Shown here: positions 60,888 to 64,000 of the stretch, one piece after another
How positions within the stretch are numbered: position 1 is the stretch's first letter
Layout: every line of letters begins with the position of its first letter
Source: an uncultured virus (IMG/VR IMGVR_UViG_2061766007_001503)
Lineage: Duplodnaviria > Heunggongvirae > Uroviricota > Caudoviricetes
Length of the DNA: 64,000 nucleotides
Virus record (IMG/VR): IMGVR_UViG_2061766007_001503
Direction: 5' to 3' (one strand)
Program-made: the position numbers and the translations under genes
Notes under the pieces: model-generated
Database searches by the model: none
What the model saw: the letters and a program-made list of their open reading frames with translations, nothing else
Told to the model about the DNA's origin: nothing

Positions 60888-61418
60888 ATGGCAACAAATA
60901 AAATTACTTTTACAAAACTTGCTTTAAAAAAGCAAGATAAAACAGTAATAATTGATATTGGTGATGCGGAAGTTGAAGTTAAACAATATCTTCCAATTGA
61001 AGATAAAATTAAAATTGTTGAAAGTGTTTTAAGGAATTCCGCAGATGATAATAATTTTGCAAATCCTATTAAAGTAGAGGTTTATTTTAATCTTGAAATA
61101 ATTTATAATTATACAAATATAACTTTTACAGAAAAGCAGAAGGAAAATCCTACAAAGTTATATGATTTACTTGAAGAGAATGGTATCTTTGAGGCAGTAA
61201 TCGCCGCGATCCCTGAAAGAGAATATTCAAATCTTTTCTCTTGGGTAAAGGAAGTAATTGATGCTTTTTATAAGTATCGTAATTCTGTAATGGGAATTAT
61301 GGAGCAGATTTCAACTGATTACTCTAATATGAATTTAGATGCAACTCAAATTCAAGAAAAAATTGCAGATCCTAATAATCTTACTTTATTAAAAAATATT
61401 GTAGATAAGTTAGGGTAA
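60888..61418 (+). CDS. Putative tail assembly chaperone
   Basis: EVEVKQYLPIEDK; directly upstream of tape measure; own promoter TTGACA/TATAAT at about 60830-60858. Confidence 0.55.
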   Translation: MATNKITFTKLALKKQDKTVIIDIGDAEVEVKQYLPIEDKIKIVESVLRNSADDNNFANPIKVEVYFNLEIIYNYTNITFTEKQKENPTKLYDLLEENGIFEAVIAAIPEREYSNLFSWVKEVIDAFYKYRNSVMGIMEQISTDYSNMNLDATQIQEKIADPNNLTLLKNIVDKLG

Positions 61419-61538
61419 AATACATTCATCATTCTATTACTGTTTTTAATTATAATAAGAGTGATGAAAAGGAGAATGGCTAGAGTATTTCACTCTAGCC
61501 ATTTTTTTGCTATATAAAGATAGAAAAGGAGAAAATTG

Positions 61539-64000
61539 ATGGCTAAACAATTGAATGTAAATCTTCAATTTACTGCTGATACTAAACAAGCTCAGCGTGA
61601 ATTGCAATCATTACAAAGTCAATTAACCCAATTAATAAATAAGCCACCTGCTATATCAAGCTTAGGTATTACAAAAGAGATTAAAGAAGCTAGTGCTGCT
61701 GCAGCGACTTTAAAAACTCAGCTTGAAAATGCTATTAATGTAGATACTGGAAAATTAGATTTAGGCAAATTTAGTCAATCATTAAAACAGGGTCAGTATC
61801 AATTAGTAGATTATAAAAATGCATTAATGGCATTAGGGCCTCAAGGGCAACAAGTTTTTTCTTCTTTAGCAAATGCTATTACAACAGCAGAAATGCCTTT
61901 GAGAAGAAGCAGCGCTTTATTAAAAGAATTTGGGACGACATTAAAAAATACTGCTAGATGGCAAATTTCCTCAACTATTTTACATGGTTTTATGGGTTCT
62001 ATTCAATCTGCATATCATTATGCTCAGGATTTAAATGAATCTTTAAATAGTATTAGAATAGTTACAGGACAAAGTGCAGACCAAATGGCAATTTTTGCCA
62101 AACAAGCAAATAAAGCTGCACAAGAATTAAGTACGACTACAACTGCATATACTGATGCTGCTCTTATTTTCTATCAGCAAGGTTTAACAGGCAAGGATGT
62201 TACTGAAAGAACTGATGCAGTTATTAAATTGGCAAATGTTACAGGACAATCTGCAGAAGAAGTTTCTTCTTATATGACTGCAATTTGGAATAACTTTGAT
62301 GATGGAAGTGAAAGTCTTGAACACTATGCTGATGTAATTACCGCACTTGGCGCAAGTACTGCATCTAGTTCTGAAGAAATTGCGCAAGGTTTGGAAAAAT
62401 TTGCTGCTATTGGTCAAACAGTTGGTTTAAGTTATGATTATGCAACATCCGCATTAGCAACTGTTGTTGCGAATACTCGTCAAAGCGCGGATACTGTTGG
62501 TACAGCATTTAAAACTATTTTTGCTCGTATTCAAGGTTTATCATTAGGCGAAACACTTGAAGATGGAGTTGATTTAAATAAATATTCTAAAGCTCTTAAT
62601 GCAGTAGGAGTTTCTGTTTTAGATACTACTGGAAACATGAGAGATTTAGATGATATTCTTGATGATTTAGCTGCTAAATGGAAAACTTTATCTTCTGCTC
62701 AACAAACTGCCTTAGCACAAACTGTCGCGGGAACTCGTCAATATAACCAATTAGTATCTTTAATGAGTAATTGGGATGATATGCAACAGAATTTATTAAC
62801 CGCGCAAGGTGCTGAAGGCTCTTTACAAGAGCAAGCTGATATTTATGCTGAATCATGGGAAGCTGCAAGTAAAAGAGTTAGAGCCGCTTGGCAAGAAGTT
62901 TATGCTCAATTATTAGATGATAAATTTTTTATTGAACTTACAAACGGTTTTGCTTCTATTGTTAAAGGAATTAGTAATTTAATTTCTGGTTTGGGCGGAG
63001 TTCCTGGAGTTTTATTTAGTTTAGGAAATGTCTTTATGACTATTTTCAGAGAACAAATGGTAACATCTATTGATAACGCCATTTATTCTTTACAAATGAT
63101 GACTCAGGCTGGAAGAGATGCAGTAGAACAAACTAGAAATACCACAAATGAAGCATTACAAAATATGTTTGCGTCTTCTAAAAATCCTATTGATCAACAA
63201 TTAGGAAAAGCATATGCTAGCCAGGCGCAAGTTCAAGAAACTTTAATTAAAAATGCAGATAGGCTTACTGATCAACAAAAACAAATTGCTCAAATTTTAT
63301 TAGATCAACATCATGCTTTAATTCAACAGACAGCAGATCAAGCTGAATTGACAAAACAGGCAGAAGCTCAAATGTCTATTCAACAAAGAAAATTAAATGG
63401 GCAAGCAAAACAAATTTCAACTTCTGTTATTAATTCTGGGAATCAAGATATTCAATTAGCAAATAATGTCGCTCCTATTTTACAAGATATTAATGGATTA
63501 ATTACCTCTGGGGCAGAGGCAGAAGATATTTTATTACAATTAGATGATTATTTTAAAAATTTAATAATTACAGAAAATCAATTTGGACAAACTGGATCTG
63601 ATGTTTTAACAGATTTAAAAATAAAAATATTAACAGCATTTTCTCAAGATTCTGTAGATAATTATATAACTGAACTTGAAGTTTGTGAACAAGCAGTTGA
63701 TGATGCTACATCTTCTATGCAGAATTATACTCAAGCTGTTAAAGAAAATATATCTATTCAAAGTAATAGAGATGTTTTAAAAGAACAAGCTAATTCTTAT
63801 AGAGAATTAACAACTCAATCAATGAGATTGCATACTGTTATAAATGATTTATTTTCAAATCCAGAAGAATCTGCTGATCAATATTTAAATAAATTAAAGA
63901 GTTTAAAAGAACAAATACCAAATTTAATTGTTGCTTTTGGTGAAGAGGGCGCAACTGCTTTAGATAAATTTGAACAAGAATTACAAGATATAGTTAATTC
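61539..64000 (+). CDS. Tape measure protein (runs off window; missing from ORF track)
   Basis: ATG 61539 with RBS AAAGGAG; MAKQLNVNLQFTADT...; Ala/Gln-rich helical; TVVANTRQSADTVGTAFKTIFARIQG...AQTVAGTRQYN core. Confidence 0.85.
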   Translation, partial: MAKQLNVNLQFTADTKQAQRELQSLQSQLTQLINKPPAISSLGITKEIKEASAAAATLKTQLENAINVDTGKLDLGKFSQSLKQGQYQLVDYKNALMALGPQGQQVFSSLANAITTAEMPLRRSSALLKEFGTTLKNTARWQISSTILHGFMGSIQSAYHYAQDLNESLNSIRIVTGQSADQMAIFAKQANKAAQELSTTTTAYTDAALIFYQQGLTGKDVTERTDAVIKLANVTGQSAEEVSSYMTAIWNNFDDGSESLEHYADVITALGASTASSSEEIAQGLEKFAAIGQTVGLSYDYATSALATVVANTRQSADTVGTAFKTIFARIQGLSLGETLEDGVDLNKYSKALNAVGVSVLDTTGNMRDLDDILDDLAAKWKTLSSAQQTALAQTVAGTRQYNQLVSLMSNWDDMQQNLLTAQGAEGSLQEQADIYAESWEAASKRVRAAWQEVYAQLLDDKFFIELTNGFASIVKGISNLISGLGGVPGVLFSLGNVFMTIFREQMVTSIDNAIYSLQMMTQAGRDAVEQTRNTTNEALQNMFASSKNPIDQQLGKAYASQAQVQETLIKNADRLTDQQKQIAQILLDQHHALIQQTADQAELTKQAEAQMSIQQRKLNGQAKQISTSVINSGNQDIQLANNVAPILQDINGLITSGAEAEDILLQLDDYFKNLIITENQFGQTGSDVLTDLKIKILTAFSQDSVDNYITELEVCEQAVDDATSSMQNYTQAVKENISIQSNRDVLKEQANSYRELTTQSMRLHTVINDLFSNPEESADQYLNKLKSLKEQIPNLIVAFGEEGATALDKFEQELQDIVN

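Noticed and set aside
1..64000. Stop-codon reassignment (alternative genetic code)
   Set aside because: Long genes are open in the standard code, breaks coincide with N-gaps or slippery sites, and no suppressor tRNA was found.

Overview
A 64-kb segment of a large, AT-rich tailed dsDNA phage genome (standard genetic code, Firmicutes-type RBS and sigma-A promoters; a Clostridia-like host is inferred, not shown). Many short N-gaps break ORFs. Five zones are visible. (1) 1-10.8 kb, minus strand: modular tail-fibre/receptor-binding genes built from reused parts (WTDG repeats, shared N-terminal leaders, a C-terminal ...QYTKTTD domain, a tail-collar domain). (2) 11.1-17.5 kb, minus strand: about 17 tRNA genes interleaved with other structured RNAs, including a tRNA-Asn split in its anticodon by a 743-nt HNH-encoding insert, a circularly permuted tRNA-like (YrlA/Y-RNA-type) RNA, and a two-copy motif 4 nt upstream of tRNAs. 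(3) 17.6-29 kb, minus strand: accessory genes (homing endonuclease, M28-like peptidase, kinase-like protein). (4) 29-31 kb: a plus-strand HTH gene flanked by iteron-like repeats, then 31.4-44.8 kb, an array of small minus-strand gene/ncRNA cassettes separated by 14 copies of a composite element (TTGCACAAA...TTTGTGCAA palindrome, an antisense-facing consensus promoter, and a GC-rich hairpin whose TTCR loop occurs in both orientations). This array is the most novel-looking system in the window. (5) 45-64 kb, plus strand: siphovirus-type morphogenesis module (TerL, portal, protease/scaffold, major capsid, neck, tail tube with a -1 frameshift extension, tape measure). All calls are from manual reading; no database searches were run.
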